From Balanoglossus misakiensis (lineage: Eukaryota; Animalia; Hemichordata), in contig CM082577.2 of the NCBI GenBank assembly GCA_040954595.2, forward strand, positions 16,375,903 through 16,439,902: a stretch of 64,000 nucleotides of DNA. Direction: 5' to 3'. Positions within the stretch are counted from its first letter, which is position 1. Every line of letters starts with the position of its first letter. This document shows, piece by piece, positions 26,801-41,031 of the stretch. The notes beneath the pieces were generated by a model that searched no databases, was not told the DNA's origin, and saw only the letters and a list, made by a program, of their open reading frames with translations. The position numbers were made by a program, and so were the translations under genes.

Positions 26801-29800
26801 AGGCGTTGACAAACCTAACTCGTCAACACAAACATCACAGGCCGCCGTAAGGTGTCAAACAATGCGTTTTGGGTGTCAATCAAGCCGGCAAACATTTGAT
26901 TTTATTGTTTTTAACCAGCTTTAGTTATGGTGTCAATTACAAGGTGTCGCTAATGACTGTCGGCAATCCAAACAACGCAATATACAAGTTTTTTGACTTT
27001 CTGTCTCAAATGTGAACCAGTTTTCTTATGAAAGCTTATCTCCTGTTATTTGCCTACTTTATGACATGATGTGTTAGGTTTTGTGGTGAAATGAAAACAT
27101 ACATGTAGTAAGCTAAACAAAAAATCACTCAAGGACCATAGCTTTTGTTTGTAAAGAATCAAATCAAATTATTCTCCATCAAATACAGAAGTCATTTAGT
27201 GAGACATGTGAACTGAATAGAAGTTATGTTAATCCCTTAGAGCATTAAATAAAATTCACTGAAGATTATTCCACCTTAATGGAAGTTTATGTATGTTACA
27301 AAACTATACTGTGTTGATGCAGAACATCTCCTGTATTCTTTCTTAGAATTGGATAGAACCAGTGTTTTTCTACATTGATTCGGTCTTTGCAATACATGGA
27401 ATGCATGTAATGGCCTTGTATTGTACAGCGTGGACGTTAACCAACTCTTGGCTGGCTGGACTCCTAGCTTCTGCTTTCTACATCTTTAATAAGTAAGTGG
27501 ATATTTTGTCTACCATGTTCACACATGAGAACTGAAAAATGTGTATGTCATATTGATGTGTGTGTGTGTGTGTGTGTGATCAATGTCACCAGAATAACAG
27601 TAGTGATACATGTACATAACATATGACACCATCTTGAATTGCATGTTCCCCTTTTATTATTGCTACCTCAAGCATCATCCCTAGGCCTGGACATATTCTC
27701 AACCTGATTTGTTTCATTTCAGAGAAGACACCACCAGAGTTGAGTTCACCGTTCCACTCAGGGAGAGCTTCTCAATACCGTTTCTGTTTTTGCAAATTGC
27801 ATTTATAACATGCTACCTGAAACAAAGACTGTCTCTCACAAAGCAGGTAAGATCATTAGATAATGCTCCATAAAATGTATTCATCAGCATTTTACATGCT
27901 TACCGTAGTCAAGTTTAGTCTGTATTCTTTCTATTTATACAATGTTATTGATTTTTGATAGCAAAGTGTTGTCTGTTTTCTACACAGAGAGTATGCTGTT
28001 GTTTTGTTGCCATTTCTACATACCTATTTGCACTGAGTTGGCAGTTTGCTCAGTTTATTCTTCTACTACAAGCTGTCACACTTTTTGGTTTGGCATTCCT
28101 GGAATTCATACCTGTCTCTAAAGTAAGTACTGGTACTTGCAACAGTACATTAAGGCCAGTGGCCTATAGTACCGAATAAACATGATGATGATGATACTGG
28201 TACTTGTGATCACTCTATTTGGAGATCAGCAGTTACTGTCTCCCTTTTCTCACACTGCTGGCATGCTGAGAGTGTAATCGATCCCTCACTTTTATGAATC
28301 GAAAGATGTATATGACTCGAGCACTGATTAGATGACAAATCATTCTTTGGTTAAAGCTCTAAATGTTATCCAATGGCGCGATGTGTATTATAGGGACAGA
28401 GACTACAACATGCCCAGACGACAGTTCCAGAGTCATTTGTTCAATGTTTTTAACGAATTTGGCTAATTTGTGACCGTGTGAGAAAAATAATCTCACACAC
28501 TAGGGACCTGGGATTATATTTCTCACACTTATCCCACACTTTGTCCCACACTCATCTCGTGTGAGAAGTATCATCCCAGGTCCTTGGGAGTGTTGACATT
28601 TGATGAATAGTGAAAGTAAATTTCATCATTTCACCTGCACTTGTACTTCCCTACACATCGTCTGGACTGATTTGTCAAAAGCCATAACACAACAGTGGTC
28701 GTTACACACATGCTGTGTCAACGTGCAGGGGACTTCTTAGCGTTGTTGATGCTATGTAAGAATTACAAGAAACTGTGGTTGATATTAAGGCAGAACAAAT
28801 AACATTCTTAAAAGAACTAAGAGGTTATAAGCAACAGTTTGCAAAGGTATTGTGTTAACATCCAGGCATGAGAGAGAAGTGAAATGTGTTGATGTAACTT
28901 GTCAACACCTTTGTATACCTATATATACAATGAGAGGTCAGATAAGTTCTAGGAAAATTAATCTGCCAAAATTATTCTGTTTTATTACTCTCACAATCCA
29001 TAACAATATAGGGGGTCCAAGTTGTGTCTCATTTCTCCCATTACAATTGATTCCAAGAGCCAAATAGAGTTGTTTTTGTCACATGTTTGGTTATTTGCAG
29101 TGTATAAAAAAATTGGGTAATTAGGTATTTTGGTCTAAATATTTACGTGGAAAACTTTAATTTGTCGCAGTTTAAAAAGAAGAGTTTTAAATTGTCTTGA
29201 GCAAAGTATTTGTTCTTGTACCGATATTATCATTTTGAAGATGTACGTGCGCCCTATATTATACAAGGCAGAGTGAGTATCATAAACAAATTGTGCTCTC
29301 CCTACTTCATGTTTGCTGAACATGAAAAATAAATGAATGTTTTCTGTTCCTTGATTCATTTCCCAGATGAGATGGCTGTGTGGAATTCACTTTGTATCTT
29401 TGTTGCTGGTGTGTGCTGCCCAGTTCTTTCATCCAATGATACCAGGTTCACTTGTCATCAGTTTCATTCCAGCTGCAGTGTTAATGCTTTATATTAAGGT
29501 AAGGCTAACTTCAGTGGGCCCTTTCCTGATAATTCAACTGTACACTGCAACAGCCACTTTGAGCTGGGTATATGAAATATTAAACAAAAAAATAAAACAA
29601 AACAAAAAAACAACCATATGATGTAACATATATATCTTGCTTGACATCATAGATGAATTTCATTATCACCCCAATGTGCAATGTGTCAGTGATGAAAATA
29701 CATGTATAAACTATAACTTATGACATATATATCGTCTGCACAAACCAATGGAAAGGATATATACATAAAATTAATTTTCTTGAGAATTATTTTCTGTATA

Positions 29801-32800
29801 ATCATGTGTAAACTTCATATGCCACTCCTGCAGCAGAGTAGTGATATATGTTGCAGTAAATAGGCTTATCATATCTTATTACCTGTTTCCTTTCCACCTT
29901 AATCTCATCTCCACTTTCACATTCAGAATCCAATGCAGATTTTACCTTGAATAATTAATGTAGGATTTCTCTTTCTCTGAACCAGGGACTTCAACGCTCT
30001 GCAGAAGGCTTCATTGGACAATGTGTTAGACTTGTAGGCCATCTGTTGTCTGTACTGCTGCTTACCATTGCAATAAATGTAGCAATTAAGGTAAGTCACC
30101 TGACCTTTAATTCAGAATTAAAATTGACACATCCTGAATACTGTAATGTTGTTAGGGATTGATACAAGATGTTGAAGAAGCCATGTGATGGCTTCACAAA
30201 TGAAACACATATAATTGTGTTTCATCCACATTCAAATTCCTTGTTTCGCTCTCTGGGTAACGTAACCACTGAGTACAAATTTTCAATTAAAATGTCAATC
30301 TCTAATCACCACAAGAAGTTTATTTCAACTTGATTGCTGTGCCTTCTTTACCAAAATATGTGAATGAAATGACAGAATGTCTGTCTCACCACTTGTGTTT
30401 TGGAGTTGAATTGGAGAAACACAATACAATGTACTTGGGCACTTTCACTTTTTTGGGTCATCACTACCACTTACATGTACAACTTGATAAAATTTAAAGT
30501 GTAGAGCTCTGTAATCAAATCAGAAAATTCTACGTTGACTTATAGTACAGCCACTATTTAGGATATGCCATCGCCCTTGTGATGATGGTTCTTACACATA
30601 AATGTGTATTGTTTTCAAATTATTTTACATATTATTATATAGTACACTGATGATATATTCATTTTCTTTGAATAATCTAGAGTGCCATACATGTTGAAGC
30701 TGATGAACATATCTTCAAGTTCTTGATGGCCAAATTTGGAGTGGCTCATACAAGGTGAATTGACTTCCTTAACCCGTTCACCACCATGGTTCAGTCCAAA
30801 CCCATTGTTTTCTATAGCAAGGTTGGACCTGTAAAGAGAGAACTGGGGGCGAATGGGTTAAACGGGGGCAATGAATATATACACCAATTTTTTTTTTATC
30901 AGTGTGCAGAGTTCAAAAACTTTTTGTCAATTTCAAGATTCTCCAGATTTCTTTTTGTTTAATAGTCCTATATCTTTGCGTGTAACGTGTGAAAAAATTC
31001 ACTTTGTCCCAAGATAATTTATGCATCAGTGGGTAAATCATATTGACTCATACTGACATTTATTTATAAAAGAAACATGTGTAAGGTGACCTATCATTAA
31101 AAATAATTCTTCAAAAAATGTTGACTGCTCTGCATGACTTTGGTTTCGGTCTTTTTCTTTGGTCAAAAGAGACATTATTTTTTTTTTCTAACCTCCATAC
31201 TTAGAGTACCAAATTGTTTTGGCCTGCTGAACTTAACCCAGCTATGTCTTAAATTTATTCTGGTTTTACTATGATCAAACATTACATTTTTGCAAAGAAA
31301 AATGTAATAAATATAATAGTATTTTGAACAACTTTATTCTTATAAGAAAAATAACTTGCCCATTCAGTTACAACTTGAATTTCCCTTGTGCTTTTAAATT
31401 TAGCTTTGTGTGTAATGAAATATTGAATAGAGAAATTGAACTGGCATTGCTCAGCTCTGATCATTAATGTGTGTGAACTCTTCTTCACCTGCAGAGACTT
31501 TGATGCCAACTTGTATCTGTGCACTGGAGCTTTTGATTTCCTGCCAATGAATACATTCTCTCGTCTGACTCATCGTTTGGTTTTCCCATTCTATGGAGTT
31601 GCTCAAGTAGCACTTCTTGGTCTGATAGTCACCTTTGTATGGCAGAAACTACAAGGGTAAGCTTCTTCATGTATGTATTGTGTGGTCTTATCATTAAGTG
31701 TTTCAGACAGTACACATGATCCCGTAATCACTTCATTGATAATTAATTATTTAGATAATTAATTAGTTTACAACCTTCATTTCTTCAGGCAGTGTATAAT
31801 TTGACCATGGAGATTCATTCTCCTTGTATCTAGCGCCCTCTACAGGTACAGATACTCCAGTAAATATGGTAGCCTGCTAGTCTCGGTTACCCAGAGCCCT
31901 CTGCTTCTTCCGTTAGGCACTCCAGAAAGAGGGTCTGGGGAAACCCGGTAGACAAATCGCCGGGCGGAATCGGGACAGCTGCGATGCATGACGGGAGATT
32001 AATATTCGATACGATATTATGATATGACGATATTAGAAAACTATTTACCAAACTTCTCTCTCTCTTTTCAATTTGTATACAGTTTTAGCAGGTCTAGCAC
32101 TTCTCAGCATGTTTTCTTTATCGTATGTCATACATGTCGGCCGTGAGGTTCGCGCGCAGGACGTCGCCATTTTGGAATATTAATCTCCCGTCATGCATCG
32201 CAGCTGTCCCGATTCCGCCCGGCGATTTGTCTACCGGGTTTCCCCAGACCCTCTTTCTGGAGTGCCTAACGGAAGAAGCAGAGGGCTCTGGGTAACCGAG
32301 ACTAGGTAGCCTGCATGCTGCATAAATGATGTCATATCTTTCGTGTTTTTGTGTTGCCATTGTGTATTTCTCAGGAGGAAATCTATCTGCAATTTAGACC
32401 TACTTGAGGGCACACAACACAGTTACGCATCTGTAAAATTTGCCTTATTTTGAAAATAAGGTGTGAACTAGACTTCCATGAATAATTTGTGACTTATTTG
32501 TACTATTCGTAGTAAATTGCATACACGGCATATTTTTAGTTTGCCTGATTTGGTAAATCAACCTGTAGATTTAAGTGGACTTCAGACCTCAGCTTGTAGA
32601 CCCCAGAGTTACCAAAATAGCGTATTATATTATATATCTGGTATATTTTCAGTTAATTTTACACGCATAGAATAAACCAACAAATAGCATGGAAGGGTGT
32701 TAGTCTCAGTTACCCAGAGCCCTCTGCTTCTTCCGTTGGGCACACCATAGACAAATCTCCGGGCAAAGATGGCCGACTTGAGACAAAAGCGATGCATGAT

Positions 32801-35800
32801 GGTTGCAGCCTCAAACATAAAAAAACATGCTGAGAAGTGCCCAGACCTGCTAAAACTGTCGACATATTAAAGAGAGAGAGAGAGCAGTTTGGTAAATAGT
32901 ATTCTAATATCGTCATATCATAATATCAAATGTCATAAATGTCGACCATCATGCATCGCTTGTGCCTCAAGTTGGCCATCTTTGCTCGGAGATTTTTCTA
33001 CAGTGTTTCCCCAGACCCTCTTTCTGGAGTGCCCAACGGAAGAAGCAGGGGGTTCTGGGTAACCGAGACTAGGAAGGGTGTATGCCAGAATAAACACGGG
33101 TACAATGCTTTGATAACTTTTAATGTGTGTATTGGTTTCAGTGAAATGGCTCATTTACAAATGAATATATATAGGTCCATATTATTGCATTTATTTGATT
33201 TACGGTATATTTCAGATCATCTGAAGCAGTGACATCATCAGTGGGCAGTGATGGTGGCAAGGCGGCTAATAACCAATGGAGATCACATCCTTTGAAAGAA
33301 AGACCAGAACTGGCATTCCATTGCATTCAGACTGTCTTATTTGCTTGCATTGCTGTGACAACCATGAGATTCAAATACCTGTGGACAGCTGAAATGTGTA
33401 TCCTGGCAGCTTTTGTGGTGGCTGACTATCACACATGGAAGTGGCTGTTGAAGAAATGTGATGTCCAATCAGAAGTCACAGTAAGTCAAAGAACAGTATT
33501 GGAACCAGTCAGATTTTCAACAGACTTACATGTAGTGGTATAACATTTTGATAGTTATCGGTACTATAATTTATTTTCATGGTACGCCATGTGGACTATG
33601 ATGGAAACTTGAAAGACGGCTTAAATGATTAACTATCTTTTGTTATCTACGGTAGGATGTTTTGGACACAGCATTGTAAGTTAAAAATGTATTGATGTGA
33701 CTTTGCAACAGTACTAGTCTATTTCATATTAAGATATGTCATGATACTATGCTCTTTGGATAGACAGCTCAGTGTATGAACTTTGTGGTCAGTCAATATA
33801 CTCTGTCTTGTCATCTTCCCACAGATTGGTATTGTAAGACATGCAGCCACTCTGGTTGTACTCATAGGTTTGCTAATAAGAGTAAGTATAAGTTTGCAGA
33901 TACTGCATCTATAAACTGTTTTAAAAGTACTGACTTTCAAGATGTGATTTTGAAAGCATATATTTTTAACTTTTTTATAGCTAAAAGCAAATTGATAATG
34001 TCAGGTTAGCTTTGGTAAATAATTTGATGTTTGATAAATGAATTCCACCAATTAAATATTTAGTGTCAAGAATCAGGACCAGGGATTGCAAGCAAATTTT
34101 GCCTTTAGTCAGTTATGTTTATCACAGTAATCAAAGCTTTTCATCACACACATTTGCGAAATGCTGAACAGTAGTATAAAAGAACTCAACATGTACATTG
34201 TACTGTGTGTTGTGCTGTGTTGTGGAATGACTTCTGTTTCACTCATTTACCACTGCATGTCCTCATACACAGGAAATTAGCCATCTGCATTGTGTGCATA
34301 CTAGTAGACATGAAACTTTCAGAGTTGATTGAATGTACTAAACCATGTTCATAGACAGTGCAGTTTTCTACTGTCTAAGGCCATGATTCAGAAGTGTGTG
34401 CATGTAGTTTGTGAAAGTAAATAATAATGGTCTTGAAATTTATTTGGAAAGTGTCTATGTGTTGATCTGTAGGTATTGCCAGATGTGTTTGCAGAATTGG
34501 AAGAGTTGAGAGAATTTTATGACCCTGACACTGTAGCACTAATGAACTGGATCAAGTATGTGAACATTTTAGTTCTTTGTAGATTTGGTATGTTCAGTAT
34601 TAACAATGCCTGTACAAGATCATCAGCTTTGTGACAAGAACAGCTTTGACTCTGTAATGGTCCTGGCTGTGCAACAAAATGAGAGACTGAGAGAGTCACA
34701 AAGATTTAAAACAATCGTGATATGCATCTTCATCTCATTTTTAACAACAGCATCCATGGACAGAAATGAATGTTTCTTATTGTTGTGTTTCCTGTACAGG
34801 CTGTAGTAAGTGTCAGCATGAGACACACCAACTTATCTGAAGGTCTTTAATTTTGGTTTCAATTGACATGTCAAGTCACAGGCATCCCTCTAAATCTTAA
34901 CGTAAACAAAAACAACTGATTCTATCTCAGTGGAGGATTGATTATTCCATATTGCAAAAATGTGAGAATTGACACATTGCTTTGTTTGATTACAGGGGTT
35001 TTACAGATAAAAGTGCAGTATTCAGTGGTAGCATGCAGTTACTAGCAGGTGTGAAATTATGTACAGGCCGAAAACTGACAAATCATCCACATTATGAAGA
35101 TAAACTTTTACGTGAGAAGACATTCCAGGTAAGTTCATAGCTCCCATGAATATGTATAAGACCTGCTTGTACAGAGGGATTGAAATGTGATGACAATTGA
35201 AAGTGTTCTGTATTCTAAATACAGAAAAAAATTTTCACCTAAGAAAGTCATGAAAATACAGTAAACATTATCATTTCTTCAAACACTTACTACATTAAAT
35301 TGTTGACTGTTTTTACCCACAATGAAATTATCATCATTATGTGAATTGACCCTCTAAGAATTATTTTTGATTCATCTTGGTTTGGTCCGAGTCCATTGAT
35401 TTCTGTGGTAAAGCTGGACCTCTCCAGTGGGAACTAGGGGTTGAAAGGGTTGACATTTTTAAACGCTGAACCTGGTGCAAATAACGTGTAATCAGAATCA
35501 GGTTATGTGTAATCTTCATTTGTGGTGCATCTACCGTAGTTGTCCGGGTAAGAACCCCTGCTCGGACAAACGCCCCCCCCCTGGTTTTAGGGCCCATTTG
35601 TAGATCGAGGCCATATCTAGTCTCGGTTACCCAGACGCCTTTGCTTCTTCCGATGCTCTCCAGAAAAGGGTCTGGGGAAATGCTATTGAAAGCTTTGTAA
35701 AACAAAATGGCCGATGTCAGGATTTTGATCATCGCCTGATTGGCTGAGCTGTCAGTATGACCCGGGTCACTGACTCTCGACAATGTCTGATTATTTGTGG

Positions 35801-38800
35801 TATCTTCATATCAAGAGACCGGTACTTGTTGGTTGATGCGAAAGGCAAAAGGCGTCCTCTGTTAGCATTGTTGGAGAAATTATATGAAATATCTTTGGTA
35901 GACGATTGTCGAAACTATTGCAGTGACCCGGGTCATACTGACAGCTCAGCCAATCAGGCGATGATCAAAATCCTGACATCGGCCATTTTGTTTTACAAAG
36001 CTTTCAATAGCATTTCCCCAGACCCTTTTCTGGAGAGCATCGGAAGAGCAAAGGCGTCTGGGTAACCGAGACTAGGCCATATCCGGTCTAAAGCCCCCCC
36101 CCCCCCCCCCACCCCCCCCCACCCCCCGGCCGAATATCCATTAAATTCTTGGAAATTTAATAAAGTGCAATGCAAAAAAGGCGGATTTTCATCCCCAAAG
36201 TCACTAAAAGTGAAAAAAAAATGTATGATGATTTACTTTCGCGCTGATTATCGTACCCATGCACCGCGGCCGACTGGCCACGCTGAGTTATATATAGCCG
36301 CTCTAGAAAACATGACCTCAGACAGGTCCCTCGGGACCGTGCCTCGAATTCAACGATCACGTAGATGGACGCGCTGCCGCGTGTGAGGTCACCGGGGAGC
36401 TTTCCAAAGCGGCCGCGTGGAGCTGCTTCAGTCCGTCCTCGACGCGAAACACCCAACATTGGAAGATCCCGACTTGGACTCGGAGAATGAACCACTCAAA
36501 AATTTGCATAAAAGTCGAGGTGGCCATCCCTCATTTGCATAAATCTCGAGGCCATATCCGGGCTAAAGCCCCCCCCTGTTTTTTCGCTAATCTGTTGGCC
36601 CAGCACCCGGGGCTCTTACCCGGGCAACTACGGTAGTTCTTAAATAAAAGCATATGGTCATTTTATGCTACACACTTACCATGGAAAGCAGTGATCTGGC
36701 CAATTAACAGATTTTCACTGGGTGGCCATGCAATAATGGCTCAATGACATTGTCATTTGAATACAGAGATATGCCGTTTTATCCATATATGAGCATTTAA
36801 TATATAAACAAATTATAGATGATTGTAGAGGTCACATATACTGATTCCTCTTACACATTAAATGTGGTCTACCAGCTTGACTTCTGTTATTACAAATGAT
36901 TTGAACAGGGTTACGTTACAGTCAAACCTGTGTTAACGACCACTCGCCCATAACGACCACTCGCCCATAACGACCACCTTCAAACGGTCCCTACGGAGTT
37001 TACATGTAAAAGACACTGTATATAGCGACCAACTGTCTAACGCGACCAGCGACCACAGTTTTCATGCAATTTTGACATCATGACCTTTGAATTGCGACCA
37101 CTGGACAGCTTGTCGGCCGATCGCAAGATCAAGCTAGGCCGGAAAATAAAAGGGCGGTCTTTTCAGTGATGACTGTTTAAAACTATTGTTCATTCCAATG
37201 TTAGTTAATTAGGGTTGTGAACGATGACAAACGCATAGCAATGCTAATTGCTATACCCCCTTGAACATAGTGGGAAGGTGATAAACACCCGCTATCAACA
37301 CACACAAACAGATCGGGAGTTCATTTCAGAGAGCGACTATTGTCTAAGTTAGTCATGATACACATGGCCGATCCATTCATGATTGTCGGGCTTGCCTTTG
37401 ATTGTGTATCCACGGGTGTAATCACATCCACGTACGTCGATAGAACGCATCGCACGTCGATTGAACGCATCGCGTTGCCGCGACATGTCTACGGAATCGG
37501 CACTTGACAGTGCCGGTCAATTCCGACACCCCCATTCATACAAGTTGACAGACATTAAAAACTGCTGAAATTTGAAAGGTTGGCTTCAAAGTTTTATCAC
37601 GGAACATTAAAATTGCCACTGTATGCATGCACATGCTGCGGAAGCCATTTTGTTGTTGTCTTGTGATGACGTATGTTGTTGTTCTGTGACGTTATGTTCG
37701 GACTGCGCATGAGTGCAGTCCAAACCCTTGCCCCAATTAATATTCATGAATAAATGAATACATTAATGAACCTCCTTTTAAAGACCACCTGTCTATAAAG
37801 ACCACTCAGCCCCAGTCCCTTGACCGGTCTTTATACACAGGTTTGACTGTACAATCATGCAAGGTAGGACTTGTGTGAGACTAGGGTATGTACATGTCCC
37901 TTTAATTAGAGTACTGGTACTATCAGTCTTTTCTACTTGTTTTGTAAAATAAATTAACGTCTTTGTGCAAAATGCCTGATTTGAACTTTTTATTACCCCA
38001 ATTGGGTTTAACATTATGGATGATTTTGTGTGATGCTTATGGAACCTGATACACTGGCTGAAAAATGTTGGTAGGAGAGTTTAAAGGTGACCATAATCTA
38101 GTTTACATCTCTCCACTCTCACTTATCCACTTGACAGGTGTATCAGTACTATGGCAAGAGATCAGCAGAGGACATTTATAAGATTCACAAAGCAATTGGC
38201 ACTAACTATATCATACTGGAAGACAGTATCTGCTACTCTGGACAGCCGCCTGGATGCAGATTACCAGATCTTATTGACATTGCAAATGGACATGTAAGTA
38301 TACATCTCTCTAGCCTGGCAAAGGGTGACATATCCCCCATGTTGATACCATCCTGAATGAAACACTGATTGGTGTATAATTGGTTGGTGTTCTGACCATT
38401 ACATTTTCATGGTGAGAATGCTGAATGAATAACTAATGGACATACATGTACCCTAGCTGAGTAGGTCAGCCAGAATGGGTTACTTTGGACAACCACAGAA
38501 CATGTACATACAGTTCTTCTATGGATTTGTAAAAGACACTATTAAAATTATTGGTTTTGGAGTTTTGTGACAAGGAAGTTCTAGATTTTAAGGGTGCATG
38601 TGTGCAGATTTTTTTCTAGGCAACAATCAGGTAGTTCAATAACTGTTTGCCTTTGACATACTCTGTATTTTATTAGTGCAAAATGACACAGTACTCATGT
38701 TACAATAATCAGACAAATCATAGCTCCCAACACTGTTTAATTTGTGATTAGCTTGTCTGCCCCTGGACTCTCTCACAGCCCACGGTTTGCTACAAGGCTC

Positions 38801-39603
38801 TTCACTGACGCGCCCTCAACCATTTAGCAAAGGAGAAGCCCCATATAGTGTTGTGCAGCGAACCTTAGCACACATGCACTCAGACCATAAGCCTGCATGG
38901 ACGACGAGGGGTGATGTGAGAGAGTCTATTCTCACACTCCTGGCAGGCTGGGAGTGTGAGAACAGAGTGTGAGAACAATTTGTTCTCACACTCTCACTGA
39001 ATTGAAAGCTGTATATGACGCGAGCGCTTATTGGTTGACAAAGCATTCTTTTGCTAACGCGCGCTAAATGTTATCCAATGGCGCGATGTGTATTACAGGG
39101 ACAGAGACGTCAACATGCCCAGACGACAGTTCCAGAGTCATTTATTCAATGTTTTTAACGAATTTGGCTAATTTGTGACCGTGTGAGAAAAATAATCTCA
39201 CACACCAGGGACCTGGGATCATATTTCTCACACTCGTCGGGGATACACTCGCCTGCGGCTCGTGTGGGACAGAAAATCCCAATTCGTGTGAGAAATATGA
39301 TCCCAGGCCCTTGGCCCTATTAGTCTGCCTCTTGCGGAAATTTCAGACATCATATCTTGATTTGTGGACTCCGAAAGAGAAATCTTGAGTTTACTCAGTT
39401 TACCGAAGAAATATTGTCAATTTGATGTCATCTTTTGTGTTCCTCAATAGGTTGTTGAAGGTCTAGAAGACAAAGAAGGACTAAGCACCCCTCCCTACGG
39501 CAGATTCTGTGATCAAATAAGACAAAAGGACAATTCAGAATATACAAAGTACTTCACACCAGTGTTTAAGAATAAAACATTTCGAGTTTACAAACTGTTA
39601 TGA
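23823..39603 (+). CDS. DPY19L3: C-mannosyltransferase DPY19L3-like, about 742 aa; exons 23823-24113, 25313-25403, 26540-26661, 27347-27492, 27723-27846, 27988-28122, 29367-29498, 29986-30090, 30681-30754, 31495-31656, 33216-33480, 33825-33881, 34473-34555, 34996-35128, 38138-38293, 39451-39603
   Basis: Dpy19 motifs [140 protein letters not shown] introns in phase, 2229 nt. The L3 rather than L4 call rests on recalled motifs. Confidence 0.93.
24730..24998. repeat. Dispersed repeat, inverted copy at about 60445-60665 (Kolobok-like end TTAA-AGGGACAAAG)
   Basis: gagagagactttgtccctttaa versus ttaaagggacaaagtctctctctc, and shared gagtaaaaatctcg..aaaatgaataaa..attattcattttggcgagttt blocks. Confidence 0.7.
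30773..30857. mobile_element. About 85-bp piggyBac-like MITE (TTAA TSD); relatives at 24629-24716, about 25967-26050, about 35368-35449, 46710-46793, degenerate about 14735-14805
   Basis: TTAA|CCCGTTCACC...GGCGAATGGG|TTAA. Shared core caccatggttcagtccaaa..ctat.g.aa.gt.ggacct. Confidence 0.75.
31878..32304. mobile_element. AcademH-like non-autonomous element, 10-bp TSD GGTAGCCTGC
   Basis: About 130 bp near-perfect TIR starting TAGTCTCGGTTACCCAGAG. TSD at 31868-31877 and 32305-32314. Confidence 0.85.
32701..33071. mobile_element. AcademH-like non-autonomous element, 10-bp TSD GGAAGGGTGT
   Basis: Same TIR family, in opposite orientation to 31878-32304. TSD at 32691-32700 and 33072-33081. Confidence 0.85.
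35534..36633. mobile_element. Tc1/mariner-type MITE (TA TSD) hosting a nested AcademH-like element
   Basis: TA|CCGTAGTTGTCCGGGTAAGAACCCC ... GGGGCTCTTACCCGGGCAACTACGG|TA. Confidence 0.8.
35618..36074. mobile_element. AcademH-like non-autonomous element, 9-bp TSD GGCCATATC, nested in a Tc1/mariner MITE
   Basis: About 150 bp TIR starting TAGTCTCGGTTACCCAGAC. TSD at 35609-35617 and 36075-36083. Confidence 0.85.
36919..37849. mobile_element. Tc1/mariner (pogo-like) non-autonomous element, TA TSD
   Basis: TA|CAGTCAAACCTGTG ... CACAGGTTTGACTG|TA with repeated GACCAC subterminal motifs at both ends. Confidence 0.85.
38930..39314. mobile_element. Repeat family with terminal hairpin (partial second copy at about 28360-28587)
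   Basis: Shared block ctaaatgttatccaatggcgcgatgtgtatta...gtgtgagaaaaataatctcacacac..agggacctgggat in both copies. Hairpin loop ctcgcctgcggctcg at about 39248. Confidence 0.7.
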
Positions 39604-40846
39604 TGATTATGGAAATATTGTAATATTGCAGCGCCTGTGAAATATCAAAGCCCCATGAGCTGCAACTTTTGGGAAATTATCCAGAAATTTATTTTCACAC
39701 TGTACTAGTCCATAGAGATGTATGCACTGAAGTATATACAGGTATTTTAAATCCAGCGTATGAATGCCTATGCAAGTTTTAACCAGATAAATAATAAAGA
39801 TTTGCCCAAAAAAGGAATAGGGCCGTCACCAGGGGATAATGCAATATACAATGAAAATGTAGCATTTCTAACATTGAAACTTCATAAACAAAGCATTTTC
39901 TCATCCTCCAGAACATGAGAGAGTAAATGTACTCCACTGAGACATTACATTTTTATTTTTCGGTGCAATATTTCACTTTTTTTTTAATTGTGGGAATTTT
40001 AGACAGTACTGATATTTGTTTGCACATTTTGTCATGATTGATTTCTTGACAATATCATTTATTACAAATGTTGACAGAATTAAAAGCATATCCAAGAATA
40101 TTTAAAGCTTAACTTTTTTTATTGAGTTGCAGCTCATAAGGCTTTATAGAGTATTATCCAGTTTCTTCACAGTTTGATTTTATTCGTCATTTCACAATGT
40201 CATTTGAGATCATTGCTGTAGCTTGAACATATCACATCATTTCTGCATTTAATGCTCAAAGCTTTAGGAGACCTGTGACTTTTGGTGGGAAGAAATTCCC
40301 ATTTGGAGTGCTGGGTTTGGTTTCTTTGGCATGTAAGCTATCATAATTTCTTCACTGATGATTGAAGTGTAGACTGAAAGATTCAGTAGGGTTGTAGGCA
40401 GAGCGGCTGCACACAACTGAATATTCCAGTCCTTTTGAAATGTAGAACTGTTGTAAACCTTGCGAGACTTGACCGTATGAGAATTGAAACCTGGGACAAT
40501 TGTAAACCTGCTCGGAGTTGTTGTATAAATCTTACAAGAGCCTGTTATAAATTTATGGTGTTATGTAAGCCTTATTAGAGTTTGTTGTAAATTTACAATG
40601 TTGTGTTGGCCTGTTTCCAGAAGTTTGTTGTTAATCTATGACAATTTGAATCCAAAGAAGCAGTTACAGAAAATAAGAGATTAGCTCAAAACAAGACTAA
40701 GAGTGGTATACGTAGCAATATTGTGAAATTGTAACCAACATTTAATTCTAGAAAATGGAAACTGTACTTGCACCTTGCATCAAATATTCATTTTGATTGA
40801 GAAAAAAAAGAACTTCAAAATTTACACATTGTCTGGCTGTGTTTAA

Positions 40847-41031
40847 AGGTATACGGTCACCTCCAATTTACATATGCCCATATATGTAAGAAATGGCATA
40901 TTTGAGCGTTCTAAACAACACATGGTGGTGCTCCTTTTTTCGCATGTGCCACCCACTGAAAATCTGTGATTGGTTAGATCTCAATTTTCCATGGTAACTG
41001 TAGCTATATTTGCATAGGTGGCCGTATACCT
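40847..41031. mobile_element. Kolobok-like MITE copy downstream of the DPY19L3 stop codon
   Basis: TTAA flanks at 40843-40846 and 41032-41035. Reverse orientation relative to 18227-18410. Confidence 0.8.
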
